Part shown: piece after piece, positions 1-9,109 of the stretch
Layout of the letters: every line of letters begins with the position of its first letter
Position numbering within the stretch: position 1 is the first letter of the stretch
Notes under the pieces: model-generated
Database searches by the model: none
What the model was told of the DNA's origin: nothing
Seen by the model: only the letters and a program-made list of their open reading frames with translations
Position numbers and translations under genes: made by a program
Assembly (NCBI GenBank): GCA_032654565.1
Contig: JAULAX010000007.1
Coordinates: 1 to 64,000 of the forward strand
DNA length: 64,000 nucleotides
Source of the DNA: Anaeromyxobacteraceae bacterium
GTDB taxonomy: Bacteria > Myxococcota > Myxococcia > Myxococcales > Anaeromyxobacteraceae
Direction of reading: 5' to 3'

Positions 1-13
1 GCCTCTGCTTTAC

Positions 14-90
14 TGGCGGGCCCTACTGGATTCGAACCAGTGGCCTTCGGATTCGTAGTCCGACGCTCTATCCATCTGAGCTAAGGGCCC
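14..90 (-). tRNA. tRNA-Arg(ACG)
   Basis: Reverse complement folds as a cloverleaf, GGGCCCT...AGGGCCCG-CCA. Anticodon arm TCGGA-CT ACG AA-TCCGA, GGTTCGAAT T-loop, encoded CCA. Confidence 0.97.
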
Positions 91-118
91 AACTCTTCAT
101 TTCAAAGACCGCCACGAC

Positions 119-210
119 TGGCGGAAAGGGAGGGATTCGAACCCTCGGTACAGGTTACCCCGTACACTGGTTTAGCAAACCAGCGCCTTCGGCCTCTCGG
201 CCACCTTTCC
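119..210 (-). tRNA. tRNA-Ser(GCT)
   Basis: GGAAAGG...CCTTTCCG-CCA. Anticodon arm CTGGT-TT GCT AA-ACCAG with a long variable arm. Confidence 0.97.
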
Positions 211-232
211 AGAACCTCTCGCTACTCGCTGC

Positions 233-322
233 TGGCGGAGGAGGAAGGATTCGAACCTTCGGAGGGCTTGCACCCTCAGCGGTTTTCAAGACCGCCGCCT
301 TCGGCCGCTCGGCCACTCCTCC
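233..322 (-). tRNA. tRNA-Ser(TGA)
   Basis: GGAGGAG...CTCCTCCG-CCA. Anticodon arm GCGGT-CT TGA AA-ACCGC with a long variable arm. Confidence 0.97.
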
Positions 323-392
323 GAAGCCTTCCTCGTCCGTCAACCTGCCGCCGTCCCGGGAGAAACCGCCCGGGAGGGCACTCGAGCCGCCC

Positions 393-421
393 TGTATAGA
401 GGATGGGCGGTCCGGGATCAA
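393..421 (-). promoter_or_regulatory. sigma-70-like promoter of the tRNA cluster
   Basis: Minus strand reads TTGATC-N17-TATACA, about 70 bp upstream of the first tRNA. Confidence 0.55.
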
Positions 422-454
422 GCCCGAAGGCCCCCCCGGCCGGGGCCGCCGCCC

Positions 455-1762
455 TCAGCGCTCCACGCCCCGCGGGAACCGCTGCGGGACGATCCGCTCG
501 AGCCCGCCCAGGTACGGCCGCAGCGCCTCCGGGATCAGCACCGTCCCGTCGGCCTGCTGCCCCTGCTCGAGGAGGGCCACCACCGCCCGCCCCACCGCCA
601 CCCCGGAGCCGTTGAGCGTGTGGCAGAGCCGCGGCTTGCCGTCGGCGCCGCGGTAGCGGACCCGGATGCGGCGCGCCTGGAAGTCCTCGCAGTTGGAGAC
701 CGAGCTGATCTCCCGGTAGGCGTCCTGCCCCGGGCACCAGACCTCGATGTCGTAGGTCTTGCTCGACGAGAAGCCCATGTCGCCGGTGCAGAGCAGCACC
801 ACCCGGTGGTGCAGCCCGAGCCGGCGCAGCACCTCGCAGGCGTCGTCGAGCATCCGCTGGTGCTCGGCCTCGGAGCTCTCGGCGCTGGCGAACTTCACCA
901 GCTCCACCTTGTGGAACTGGTGCTGGCGCATCAGCCCGCGGGTGTCGCGCCCGGCGGCGCCGGCCTCGGCGCGGAAACAGGGCGAGAAGGCGCAGTAGGA
1001 GACCGGCAGCGCCGCGCCCTCGAAGATCTCGTCGCGGTGCATGTTGGTGACCGGCACCTCGGCGGTGGGGATGAGGTAGAGCGGGCTCTCCCCCTGGGTC
1101 TTGAAGAGGTCCTCCTCGAACTTGGGGAGCTGGCCGGTGCCGGTCATGGTCTCGGCGCTGACCAGGTAGGGCGGCAGGATCTCGGTGTAGCCGCGGGAGA
1201 CGTGGACGTCGATGAAGAAGGCGGTCAGGGCCCGCTCCAGCCGCGCCCCCACCCCCTTGCTGATGGTGAAGCGCGACCCGGAGAGCTTGGCCGCTTGCGG
1301 CCACTCGAGGATGCCGAGCGCCTCGCCCAGTTCCCAGTGCGGCTTGGGGGTGAAGCCGAGGGTCGCCTTCTCGCCCCAGCTCGAGACCTGCAGGTTGCCG
1401 TGCTCGTCGGCGCCGGCCGGGACCGCGTCCTGGGGCGGGTTGGGGACCAGCAGCAGCAGGGCCTGGATCTGCGCCTCCACCGCGGTCCGCTCCGCCTCGC
1501 TGGCCTTGAGCGCGTCACCAAGCACCCGCAGCTCGGCGCGGGCCTTCTCGCCGGCCGCCTTGTCGGTCTTCATCAGCTCGCGGATCCGGCCGTTGGCCTC
1601 GCCCTGGGCCTGCTGCTGCTTCTCGATGAGCAGGTTGAGCTCGCGCCGGCGGGCCGCCAGCGGCTTGACCGGGGCCAGCGCGGCCACCGCCGCCTCCCCG
1701 CGGCGCGCCAGCTTGCGCTCCACCCCTTCGTAGTCGGCGACGACGGCCTTCAGGTCCAGCAT
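455..1762 (-). CDS. serS: seryl-tRNA synthetase
   Basis: MLD start, coiled-coil arm, [47 protein letters not shown]. Start trimmed from ORF 455..2437. Confidence 0.97.
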   Translation of the reverse strand: MLDLKAVVADYEGVERKLARRGEAAVAALAPVKPLAARRRELNLLIEKQQQAQGEANGRIRELMKTDKAAGEKARAELRVLGDALKASEAERTAVEAQIQALLLLVPNPPQDAVPAGADEHGNLQVSSWGEKATLGFTPKPHWELGEALGILEWPQAAKLSGSRFTISKGVGARLERALTAFFIDVHVSRGYTEILPPYLVSAETMTGTGQLPKFEEDLFKTQGESPLYLIPTAEVPVTNMHRDEIFEGAALPVSYCAFSPCFRAEAGAAGRDTRGLMRQHQFHKVELVKFASAESSEAEHQRMLDDACEVLRRLGLHHRVVLLCTGDMGFSSSKTYDIEVWCPGQDAYREISSVSNCEDFQARRIRVRYRGADGKPRLCHTLNGSGVAVGRAVVALLEQGQQADGTVLIPEALRPYLGGLERIVPQRFPRGVER

Positions 1763-1861
1763 GGTGGCGAGGCTCCCGTGATCAGGCAGGAATGAACGGG
1801 GCAATATACCGTTCTTAACCCCGGGGAGGGCTCCGGGGTCTTCCACCGGGTGATGCCGGCC

Positions 1862-2485
1862 ATGAGCGTGCGCGACGACGAGACCGGACGACCGAGGCTG
1901 ACCCTGGTCGAAGGCGGCCGGGCCGGCGACGCCCGCGACGAGGACGCCCTGCTGGGCGCCTGGCTGGTCGGCGACGACGAGGCCTTCGGCGAGCTGGTGC
2001 GGCGCCACCAGCCGCTGGTGCTGGCCATCGTCCGGCGCTACGCCGCCACCGCCGAGGACGCCCGCGACCTGGCGCAGCGGACCTTCCTCAAGGCCTTCGA
2101 GTCGGCGCGCCGCGCCCTGGCCCGGAGCGGACGCGACGCCGTCCCCTTCAAGCGCTGGCTGGTGCGGGTGGCGGTCAACCTGGCCAAGAACCACCGGCGC
2201 GACGCCGGCCGCTGGACCAGCGTGGCGGTCGACCCGGAGCGGCTCTCCTCCGGCGCCACCCCGGCCCTCGAGGCGCTGGAGAAGGCCCAGGCCACCGCCC
2301 GGGTGCGCCGCGCCGTCCTCGACCTGCCGCGCCGGCAGCGCGAGGTGCTGACGCTGCGGCTCGACGCCGAGCTCCCCTTCGCCGAGATCGGCGCCACCCT
2401 GGGCATCACCGAGAACGCCGCCAAGGTCTCCTTCCACCTCGCCGCCCGCCGGCTCCGCGCCGAGCTGGGCCAGGAGGGGCGATGA
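1862..2485 (+). CDS. ECF (sigma-70 group 4) RNA polymerase sigma factor
   Basis: [33 protein letters not shown] (region 2); [16 protein letters not shown] (region 4). Start may be ATG 1853. Confidence 0.92.
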   Translation: MSVRDDETGRPRLTLVEGGRAGDARDEDALLGAWLVGDDEAFGELVRRHQPLVLAIVRRYAATAEDARDLAQRTFLKAFESARRALARSGRDAVPFKRWLVRVAVNLAKNHRRDAGRWTSVAVDPERLSSGATPALEALEKAQATARVRRAVLDLPRRQREVLTLRLDAELPFAEIGATLGITENAAKVSFHLAARRLRAELGQEGR

Positions 2486-2979
2486 GCGCCTGCGCCGACT
2501 ACCTGCCGCTGCTCTCCGACCAGGCCGCCGGCGAGGGGTCGCCCGCCGACCAGGCCCGGCTGGCCGACCACCTCCAGGGCTGCGCCGCCTGCCGCGCCGA
2601 GGCCGAGGCGCTGGCCACGGTGCTCTCCCTGGCGGCGCTGCCGCCGCCCGGTGAGGCCGAGCGCGCCGCGCTGACCGGCCTCGCCGAGTCGGTCCGGATG
2701 GAGCAGCGGCGCACCGCGCTTGGCCTCCGTCCCCCGCTCCGCTACGCCGCGGCGCTGCTGGGGGTGGCCGCGGCGGTGGCCTTCCTGGTGGCGCCGGCCT
2801 TCACCCGGCGCGGGCCCACCATCCCGTCGCCGGAGCTGGCGATGGCCGAGAGCGCCGACTGGGTGGCGCCCGACACCGACGAGCTCCTTGCCGCCAGCGA
2901 TCTCGCCGCCGACGACGGCGCCACCGCCGCCCTGTCCGGCGCCGACGAGCTGGCCCTGGCGGCGCTGCTGGCCGACTGA
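2482..2979 (+). CDS. zinc-finger (HxxxCxxC) membrane anti-sigma factor
   Basis: HLQGCAAC motif and one TM helix; ATGA overlap with the sigma gene. Confidence 0.85.
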   Translation: MSACADYLPLLSDQAAGEGSPADQARLADHLQGCAACRAEAEALATVLSLAALPPPGEAERAALTGLAESVRMEQRRTALGLRPPLRYAAALLGVAAAVAFLVAPAFTRRGPTIPSPELAMAESADWVAPDTDELLAASDLAADDGATAALSGADELALAALLAD

Positions 2980-3014
2980 CGATCACGTTCCGTGAAGCAC
3001 CACGCCTCGAAAGG

Positions 3015-3701
3015 ATGGTCCACATGAAGAAGCTCGCCCTGCTGCTCGCCCTGGCCCCGCTGCTGGCCGCCGCCCAGGCCGCCCCGCCCCCCGCCGCCCG
3101 CCCCGCCCCGTCCGCCTTGCAGCCGGGCCAGCCCGGCCCGCCCGACCAGCTCGACCCGGCCCGCCTGGAGAAGCTGCAGCGCCGCATGAAGCTGGCCCTC
3201 ACCCTGGGGCTCGCCGAGGCGCTCCAGCTCGACGACGCCGCGGCGCTCAAGCTCAGCGGCCAGATCGAGAAGTTCACGCCCCGCCGCATGGCCACCGCCC
3301 AGCAGATGCGCGACTCGGTGCAGGTGCTGCGCCGCTCGGCCAAGGGCGACAAGGTCCCGGCCGGCGACGTCGACGGCGCCATCACCCGGCTGCTCGACGC
3401 CCGGGCCCAGATGCAGGCGCTCGACCGCGAGGTGGTCACCACCGTCACCAGGGACCTCCCGCCAGAGAAGCGGGCGCGGGCCGTCCTCTTCCTCGCCAAG
3501 TTTCACCAGCGGGCCATGCAGGAGCTGCGGCACGGTGGTCACGGCCCCGGCGGTCCGGGCGGCCCCGGCGGCCCGGGCATGGGCCCCGGCATGGGCCCCG
3601 GCTCCCATGGCCCGCACGGCCCCGGCCCCGGCCCCGGCGCGCTCGGCATGAACGACGCCGACGATGGCTGGGACGACGGCGCCGGCGACGACGCGTCGTA
3701 G
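3015..3701 (+). CDS. exported Spy/CpxP-like helical protein with Gly/Pro/His/Met tail
   Basis: Signal peptide MKKLALLLALAPLL, LPPEKRAR (LTxxQ-like) motif, GP-repeat tail; third gene of the ECF operon. Confidence 0.6.
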   Translation: MVHMKKLALLLALAPLLAAAQAAPPPAARPAPSALQPGQPGPPDQLDPARLEKLQRRMKLALTLGLAEALQLDDAAALKLSGQIEKFTPRRMATAQQMRDSVQVLRRSAKGDKVPAGDVDGAITRLLDARAQMQALDREVVTTVTRDLPPEKRARAVLFLAKFHQRAMQELRHGGHGPGGPGGPGGPGMGPGMGPGSHGPHGPGPGPGALGMNDADDGWDDGAGDDAS

Positions 3702-3749
3702 CGCACCCCCCGTCCCCCGGCCGCCGCCGGGTCCAGGCCCGGGTCGAAC

Positions 3750-3788
3750 AGGAGGCCGTCTCCCTCGCGGGAGGCGGCCTCTTCGCTT
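3750..3788 (+). terminator. probable intrinsic terminator of the ECF operon
   Basis: GAGGCCGTCTCCC-tcgc-GGGAGGCGGCCTC stem (one G.U pair on the + strand) followed by TTCGCTT. Confidence 0.6.
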
Positions 3789-3920
3789 CCCGTTCGCGAA
3801 CGTTCACGAACCGCCCGGACGGGTACCCGGCGCCACCGGGGCCCGGAGTCACGGGCGGTTGCGCCGGATCGGGACCGGCACGGCCGGTGCTCTCTCCACC
3901 CCGGAGATCCCAGAGCCCCG

Positions 3921-5051
3921 ATGCCGCCGGCCTTTGCCATCGCGCTGGTGAAGTCCAGCACCGACCAGGGCCAACTGCGCCTCGCCGGGAGCCTGTGCCT
4001 GGCCGAGGCCGGGCCGCTCTGGACCGAGCTGCGCCGCCTCGAGGCCTCGGCGGTGACGGGCGAGACCCTCGACTTCGAGATGTCCGAGGTGGAACGCATC
4101 GACGGCGGCGCCATGGCGCTGCTGGCCTGCCTGCGCTCCGAGCTGCACCGACGCGGCGTCAAGTCCGAGTTCGTGGCGGCCGGCGAGCGGGTGCAGCGGC
4201 TCATCCACCTCTACGGCGGCGACAACAAGGTGGCGCGGCTCCGCCGCCGCCGGCCCATCGGCACCTTCAACCAGCTCGGCCGGGCCACGCTGGCCATCCT
4301 CCAGGAGCTGAAGCTGGTGACCGCCTTCTTCGGCCAGATGGTGGTCTCGGCGGCCAGCGTGCTCCGCTCGCCCAGCAGCGCCAACTGGCGCGAGCTGCCC
4401 GCCACCATGGAGCGCGCCGGCGCCGACGCCGTCCCCATCATCGTGGTGACCAACTTCCTGGTGGCCCTGGCCATGGCCTTCCAGTCGGCGGAGCAGCTGG
4501 CCCGCTTCGGCGCCAACATCCTGGTGGCCGACCTGATCGGCATCTCGGTGACCCGCGAGCTGGGGCCGCTGATGGTGGCCATCCTGGTCTGCGGCCGCTC
4601 CGGGGCCGCCTTCGCCGCCGAGCTCGGCTTCATGCAGGTGAACGGCGAGATCGACGCGCTCCGCACCATGGGGTTCGGCCCCATGCGCTACCTGGTGCTG
4701 CCGCGCACCCTGGCGCTGATCCTGGTGATGCCGCTGCTCACCCTGCTGGCCGACCTGGCCGGCATCCTCGGGGGGCTGCTGGTCGGGGTCTGGCACCTGG
4801 AGCTCTCGGTGCGCGGCTTCCTCAACCAGACGGTCCGGGTGGTCTCGCTCTGGGACGTCTCCACCGGGCTGCTCAAGAGCGTGGCCTTCGGGCTGGCCAT
4901 CTCGATGATCGCCTGCCAGCAGGGGCTGGCGACCGCCGGCGGGGCCGAGGACGTCGGCCGCCGCACCACCTCGGCGGTGGTGGTCTCGCTCTTCGCCATC
5001 ATCATGATCGACGCCGCCGCCTCGGTCCTCTTCCGGCTGGCGGGGCTATGA
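3921..5051 (+). CDS. MlaE-family ABC permease with N-terminal STAS domain
   Basis: RELGPLMVAILVCGRSGAAFAAELG.M....EIDAL; DVGRRTTSAVV. Confidence 0.92.
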   Translation: MPPAFAIALVKSSTDQGQLRLAGSLCLAEAGPLWTELRRLEASAVTGETLDFEMSEVERIDGGAMALLACLRSELHRRGVKSEFVAAGERVQRLIHLYGGDNKVARLRRRRPIGTFNQLGRATLAILQELKLVTAFFGQMVVSAASVLRSPSSANWRELPATMERAGADAVPIIVVTNFLVALAMAFQSAEQLARFGANILVADLIGISVTRELGPLMVAILVCGRSGAAFAAELGFMQVNGEIDALRTMGFGPMRYLVLPRTLALILVMPLLTLLADLAGILGGLLVGVWHLELSVRGFLNQTVRVVSLWDVSTGLLKSVAFGLAISMIACQQGLATAGGAEDVGRRTTSAVVVSLFAIIMIDAAASVLFRLAGL

Positions 5052-5794
5052 GCGACGCCATCGTCAAGGTGGAGGACCTCTCCTTCGGCTGGGACGGCGC
5101 CCTGCTGCAGGAGGGGGCCAGCTTCGAGGTCGAGCGCGGCTCGATCTTCGCCCTGCTCGGCGCCAGCGGCTGCGGGAAGTCGACGCTGCTGCGCTACCTG
5201 GTCGGGCTCGACCTGCCGACCACCGGCCGCATCACCATCGACGGCCAGGCCCCCGACCAGGAGGTCAACGACCGCCCCACCTTCGGCGTCATGTTCCAGT
5301 CGGGCGCGCTGATCGGCTCGCTCACCGTCGGCGAGAACGTGGCGCTGCCGCTGCAGGAGTGGACCGACCTGCCGCTCGACGCCATCGGGGGCATCGTCGC
5401 CGCCAAGCTGCGCCTGGTGGGGCTGGAGCGGGCCGAGGACAAGCTCCCCAGCGAGCTCTCCGGGGGCATGCGCAAGCGGGCCGGCATCGCCCGGGCCATG
5501 GCGCTGGAGCCGGAGCTGCTCTTCCTCGACGAGCCCTCGGCCGGCCTGGACCCGGTCACCGGCGTCGAGTTCGACGAGCTGATCATCGAGCTCAACCAGC
5601 AGCTCGGCCTGACCTTCGTGGTGGTCACCCACGACCTCGAGAGCATCTTCAAGATCGGCCAGAGCTGCATCATGCTCGACCGCGACAGCAAGAGCATCAT
5701 CGCCCGCGGCGATCCGCGCCACCTGCGCGACACCAGCACCGACCCGCGCGTCCACTCCTTCTTCAACCGGACCCGCCTGGAGGTTCCACCATGA
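5048..5794 (+). CDS. MlaF-type ABC ATPase
   Basis: GASGCGKS, FQSGAL, ELSGGMRKRAGIARA, DEPSAGLDP; ATGA overlap. Confidence 0.93.
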   Translation: MSDAIVKVEDLSFGWDGALLQEGASFEVERGSIFALLGASGCGKSTLLRYLVGLDLPTTGRITIDGQAPDQEVNDRPTFGVMFQSGALIGSLTVGENVALPLQEWTDLPLDAIGGIVAAKLRLVGLERAEDKLPSELSGGMRKRAGIARAMALEPELLFLDEPSAGLDPVTGVEFDELIIELNQQLGLTFVVVTHDLESIFKIGQSCIMLDRDSKSIIARGDPRHLRDTSTDPRVHSFFNRTRLEVPP

Positions 5795-6750
5795 GCGCCC
5801 CCACCAACCACTGGAAGCTCGGCGCCTTCGTGCTGGCGTCGATCGGGCTCGGCCTGACCGCGGCCGCCCTGCTCACCGCCCGGAGCATGCGGGTCGAGTC
5901 GGTCAGCTACACCTCCTACTTCGACGAGGCGGTGACCGGGCTGGAGATCGGCTCTCCCATCCGCTTCCGCGGCGTCGCCCTCGGCAACGTCTCGGCCATC
6001 GACGTGGCGCCGGACCGGCGGCACGTGGAGATCACCTACTCGCTCGGCGTGGCGGTGCTGAAGCGGCTGGGGCTGACCGGCGACGTCGACGGCAAGGGGA
6101 CCACCATCTCGGTCCCTCCCGGCCTGCGGGTCCAGCTGGCCTCCACCGGGGTGACCGGCACCAAGTTCCTGCAGCTCGACTTCTTCGACACCGGCGGGCT
6201 GCCGGCGGCCGAGCTCCCCTTCCCGGTCCCGGAGCACTACATCCCCGCCATCCCCTCGACCCTGAAGAACCTCGAGGACGCCGTGGTGCGCGCCGTCGAC
6301 CAGCTCCCCAACATCACCCGGGACATGGCCGGGCTGGTGGCGCGCGTCAACCTCATCCTCGACGACGTCACCCAGCGGGGCCTCCCCGGCAAGGCGGTGG
6401 CCACGCTGGAGGGGACCAGCCGGCTGGTGGCCAGCATCCAGGCCAAGGTGGACCAGCTCCCGGTGGCCGAGCTCTCTCGCGACGCCTCGGCGACCATGAA
6501 GGGGGTGAGCGCGGCGCTGGTGAAGCTGAACGGCGTCCTCGAGCGGCTCGACGGGAGCGACGGCCTGCTGGCCAGCGCCCAGCGCGCCTCCGACTCGGTG
6601 GGCGACCTGGCCGGGCCGCGGCTGCGGGCCGACCTGGCCGCCACCGGGCGCGACGTGCGCGAGGCGGCGGTGGCGGTGCGCCAGCTGGCCGAGGCGCTGC
6701 AGCGGGATCCGGACATGTTCATCAAGGGAAAGGCCCAGGTGACCCGATGA
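5791..6750 (+). CDS. MlaD/MCE-domain protein
   Basis: N-terminal TM, FDEAVTGLEIGSPIRFRGV, GVTG; helical C-terminus ending LQRDP. Confidence 0.9.
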   Translation: MSAPTNHWKLGAFVLASIGLGLTAAALLTARSMRVESVSYTSYFDEAVTGLEIGSPIRFRGVALGNVSAIDVAPDRRHVEITYSLGVAVLKRLGLTGDVDGKGTTISVPPGLRVQLASTGVTGTKFLQLDFFDTGGLPAAELPFPVPEHYIPAIPSTLKNLEDAVVRAVDQLPNITRDMAGLVARVNLILDDVTQRGLPGKAVATLEGTSRLVASIQAKVDQLPVAELSRDASATMKGVSAALVKLNGVLERLDGSDGLLASAQRASDSVGDLAGPRLRADLAATGRDVREAAVAVRQLAEALQRDPDMFIKGKAQVTR

Positions 6751-7337
6751 GAGCGCTCTGGCTGGTGGTCCTCGGGGTGGCGGCGCTGCCGGGCTGCGCC
6801 CTCTTCGGCAAGAACGAACCGGTGGTCTCGCGCTACTTCACCCCCGAGTACGACGGCGCGCCCCGGGCCGCGACCACCCCGGCCGGACCGCCGCTGCGGC
6901 TGGGGGCGGTGGAGGGCTGGTCCCACCTGCGCGAGCGGATGGTGACCCGCAGCGCCGCTCGCGAGCTCGGCTACGCCGAGGGCCGGCGCTGGACCGAGCG
7001 CCCCGAGGTCTACCTGCGGCGGGCCCTGGCCCGGACCCTCTTCGAGGAGCGCGGCGTGGTCGAGGCGCTCTCCGGCCGCGCCGTGACGCTGGAGGTGGAG
7101 CTCATCGCCTTCGAGGAGCTGGAGCGGCCCCACCGGGTGCGCCTGCAGGCGGGGCTGGTGCTGCGTGATCACCTGGCCGGCCTGCTCCGCGAGACGGTCA
7201 CCGTCGAGGAGCCGGTGCCGGGCGGCGACGCCGGCGATCCCATGCCGGCGGTGGTCGAGGCCTACGCCCGGGTGCTGCGGGCCGGGGTGACGCAGATCGC
7301 CGACCGGGTGGTGGCCCGGCTGGCCGAACCCCGCTGA
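6747..7337 (+). CDS. PqiC-like ABC auxiliary lipoprotein
   Basis: Lipobox LPGC, RRWTERP motif, position after the MCE gene. Confidence 0.75.
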   Translation: MRALWLVVLGVAALPGCALFGKNEPVVSRYFTPEYDGAPRAATTPAGPPLRLGAVEGWSHLRERMVTRSAARELGYAEGRRWTERPEVYLRRALARTLFEERGVVEALSGRAVTLEVELIAFEELERPHRVRLQAGLVLRDHLAGLLRETVTVEEPVPGGDAGDPMPAVVEAYARVLRAGVTQIADRVVARLAEPR

Positions 7338-7449
7338 ACCACGCGGGTCTTCGCCCCGCAACACTTCTTCACCATCCCGCAGCGCGCGCTTCGGACGGCG
7401 ACGCCATCCTTCCCTCGTCCCCAATGGAGGGGACGAAAGGAAAGACCCG

Positions 7450-7902
7450 ATGAACACCGTCGTCACCGCCGTCCTCGTCACCCTCGGCATCCTCGCGGCG
7501 CTGCGCCTGCTGCGCGCCGTCGCCTTCCGCCGCCACCTCCACCGCCGCGGGCGGAGCTTCATGGCCCGCCGCCTGCTGCGGCGCCTCGACGCCACCCCGG
7601 AGCAGGAGCGGATCTTCCTGGAGGAGCTGGAGGCGCTCCGCGGCACCCTGCACGGGCTGGGGGAGGGGGTCTTCGCCTCCCGCCTCGAGCTGGCCCGGAC
7701 CCTGGAGGCCGAGGCGCTCGACGCCGCGGCCCTGGAGGCGCTCTTCGCCCCGTCGCTGCAGCGGCTCGAGGAGGCCCGCACCCGGGCGGCCGCGGCGCTG
7801 GCCCGCGTCCACGCCGCGCTGGCCCCGGCGCAGCGGCTGCAGCTCGCCACCATGCTGCGGAGCCCGGCCGGGCTCCGCTCCCACCACCACGGCCGTTGCT
7901 GA
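7450..7902 (+). CDS. Spy/CpxP-like (LTXXQ) protein with N-terminal TM
   Basis: LDATPEQ and LAPAQR repeats. Confidence 0.65.
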   Translation: MNTVVTAVLVTLGILAALRLLRAVAFRRHLHRRGRSFMARRLLRRLDATPEQERIFLEELEALRGTLHGLGEGVFASRLELARTLEAEALDAAALEALFAPSLQRLEEARTRAAAALARVHAALAPAQRLQLATMLRSPAGLRSHHHGRC

Positions 7903-7916
7903 ACAGGAGCCCCACC

Positions 7917-8363
7917 ATGAAGACCACCCTGAAGAAGTCCCTCACCGTCGCCGCCGCCCTCGCCCTCGGCGTCACCGCCCTCGGCGCCACCGGCTGCCGC
8001 CACCACCGCCCCGACCCGGCCCGCATGGAGAAGCTGGTCAACGGCAAGGTCGCCGACGCCCTCGACGACCTCAAGGCCACGCCCGAGCAGCGGCAGACCA
8101 TCACCGCCGCCACCACCCGGCTGCTGGCCAGCGCCCAGGCGGCGCGGGGTGACCACCGGGCCACCGTGAAGGAGGCGCTCGGCCTCTGGGAGGCGCCGGC
8201 CTTCGACCGGGCCCGCGCCCTGGCGCTGGTCGACGCCCGCGTCGACGCCATGCGCGCCATGGCCCACCAGGCGGTCGAGGCCGCCGCCGAGGCCCACGCC
8301 ACGCTGACGCCGGAGCAGCGGGCCCAGGTGACCAAGAAGCTGAAGCGCCACCTCGAGGAGTAG
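7917..8363 (+). CDS. Spy/CpxP-family lipoprotein
   Basis: Signal peptide ending ATGC; LKATPEQR and LTPEQR motifs. Confidence 0.75.
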   Translation: MKTTLKKSLTVAAALALGVTALGATGCRHHRPDPARMEKLVNGKVADALDDLKATPEQRQTITAATTRLLASAQAARGDHRATVKEALGLWEAPAFDRARALALVDARVDAMRAMAHQAVEAAAEAHATLTPEQRAQVTKKLKRHLEE

Positions 8364-8392
8364 CCGCCGGCCGGGCCGGGAGGAGCGGTAGG

Positions 8393-9109
8393 ATGGCCGA
8401 CGTGACCGACGCCCCCGCCCTCCAGGCCCTGCTGGTCGAAGACGACGCCCGGCTCGCGGCGCTGACCCGCGAGTACCTCGGCGGCCACGGCGTGGCCGTC
8501 GAGGTGGTCTCCGACGGCCGGCGCGGCCTCATCGAGGCGCAGCGCGGCGGCTGGGACGTGGTGCTGCTCGACCTGATGCTCCCCGGCCTGCCCGGCCTGG
8601 AGGTCTGCCGCGAGCTGCGGGCCCGGAGCGACGTGCCCATCATCGTGCTGACGGCCCGCGGCGAGGAGGCCGACCGGGTCATGGGGCTGGAGCTGGGGGC
8701 CGACGACTACCTGGCCAAGCCCTTCAGCCCCCGCGAGCTGCTGGCCCGCATCCGGGCCGTCACCCGCCGCGCCAAGGGGCGGGCCGGGCCGGCGCTGAAG
8801 CCGGTCAAGGTGGGCGGGCTGGTCATCGATCCCTCGGCGCGCAGCGTCACCCTCCTCGGCGAGCCGGTCGAGCTGACCGCCTACGAGTTCGCCCTGCTCC
8901 ACGCCCTGGCCGAGCGGGCCGGGCGGATCCTCTCGCGCGAGCAGCTCATGGAGTTCGCCCGGGGCAGCTCGGAGGACTCCTTCGACCGCTCGGTCGACGT
9001 CCACGTCTCCCGGCTGCGCCAGAAGCTCGGCGACGACCCCAAGCGCCCCCGCCTCATCAAGACGGTGCGCGGCGCCGGCTACGTGCTGGCCGGCGAGGGG
9101 ATCGCCTGA
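8393..9109 (+). CDS. OmpR/CpxR-family response regulator
   Basis: LVEDD, DLMLP, GADDYLAKPF, DRSVDVHVSRLRQKL, KTVRGAGY. Confidence 0.95.
   Translation: MADVTDAPALQALLVEDDARLAALTREYLGGHGVAVEVVSDGRRGLIEAQRGGWDVVLLDLMLPGLPGLEVCRELRARSDVPIIVLTARGEEADRVMGLELGADDYLAKPFSPRELLARIRAVTRRAKGRAGPALKPVKVGGLVIDPSARSVTLLGEPVELTAYEFALLHALAERAGRILSREQLMEFARGSSEDSFDRSVDVHVSRLRQKLGDDPKRPRLIKTVRGAGYVLAGEGIA

Noticed and set aside
1795..1842. TAACC-N14-GGGGTCT as an autoregulatory ECF promoter
   Set aside because: Plausible, but there is only one copy with this spacing and no way to validate it from the window.
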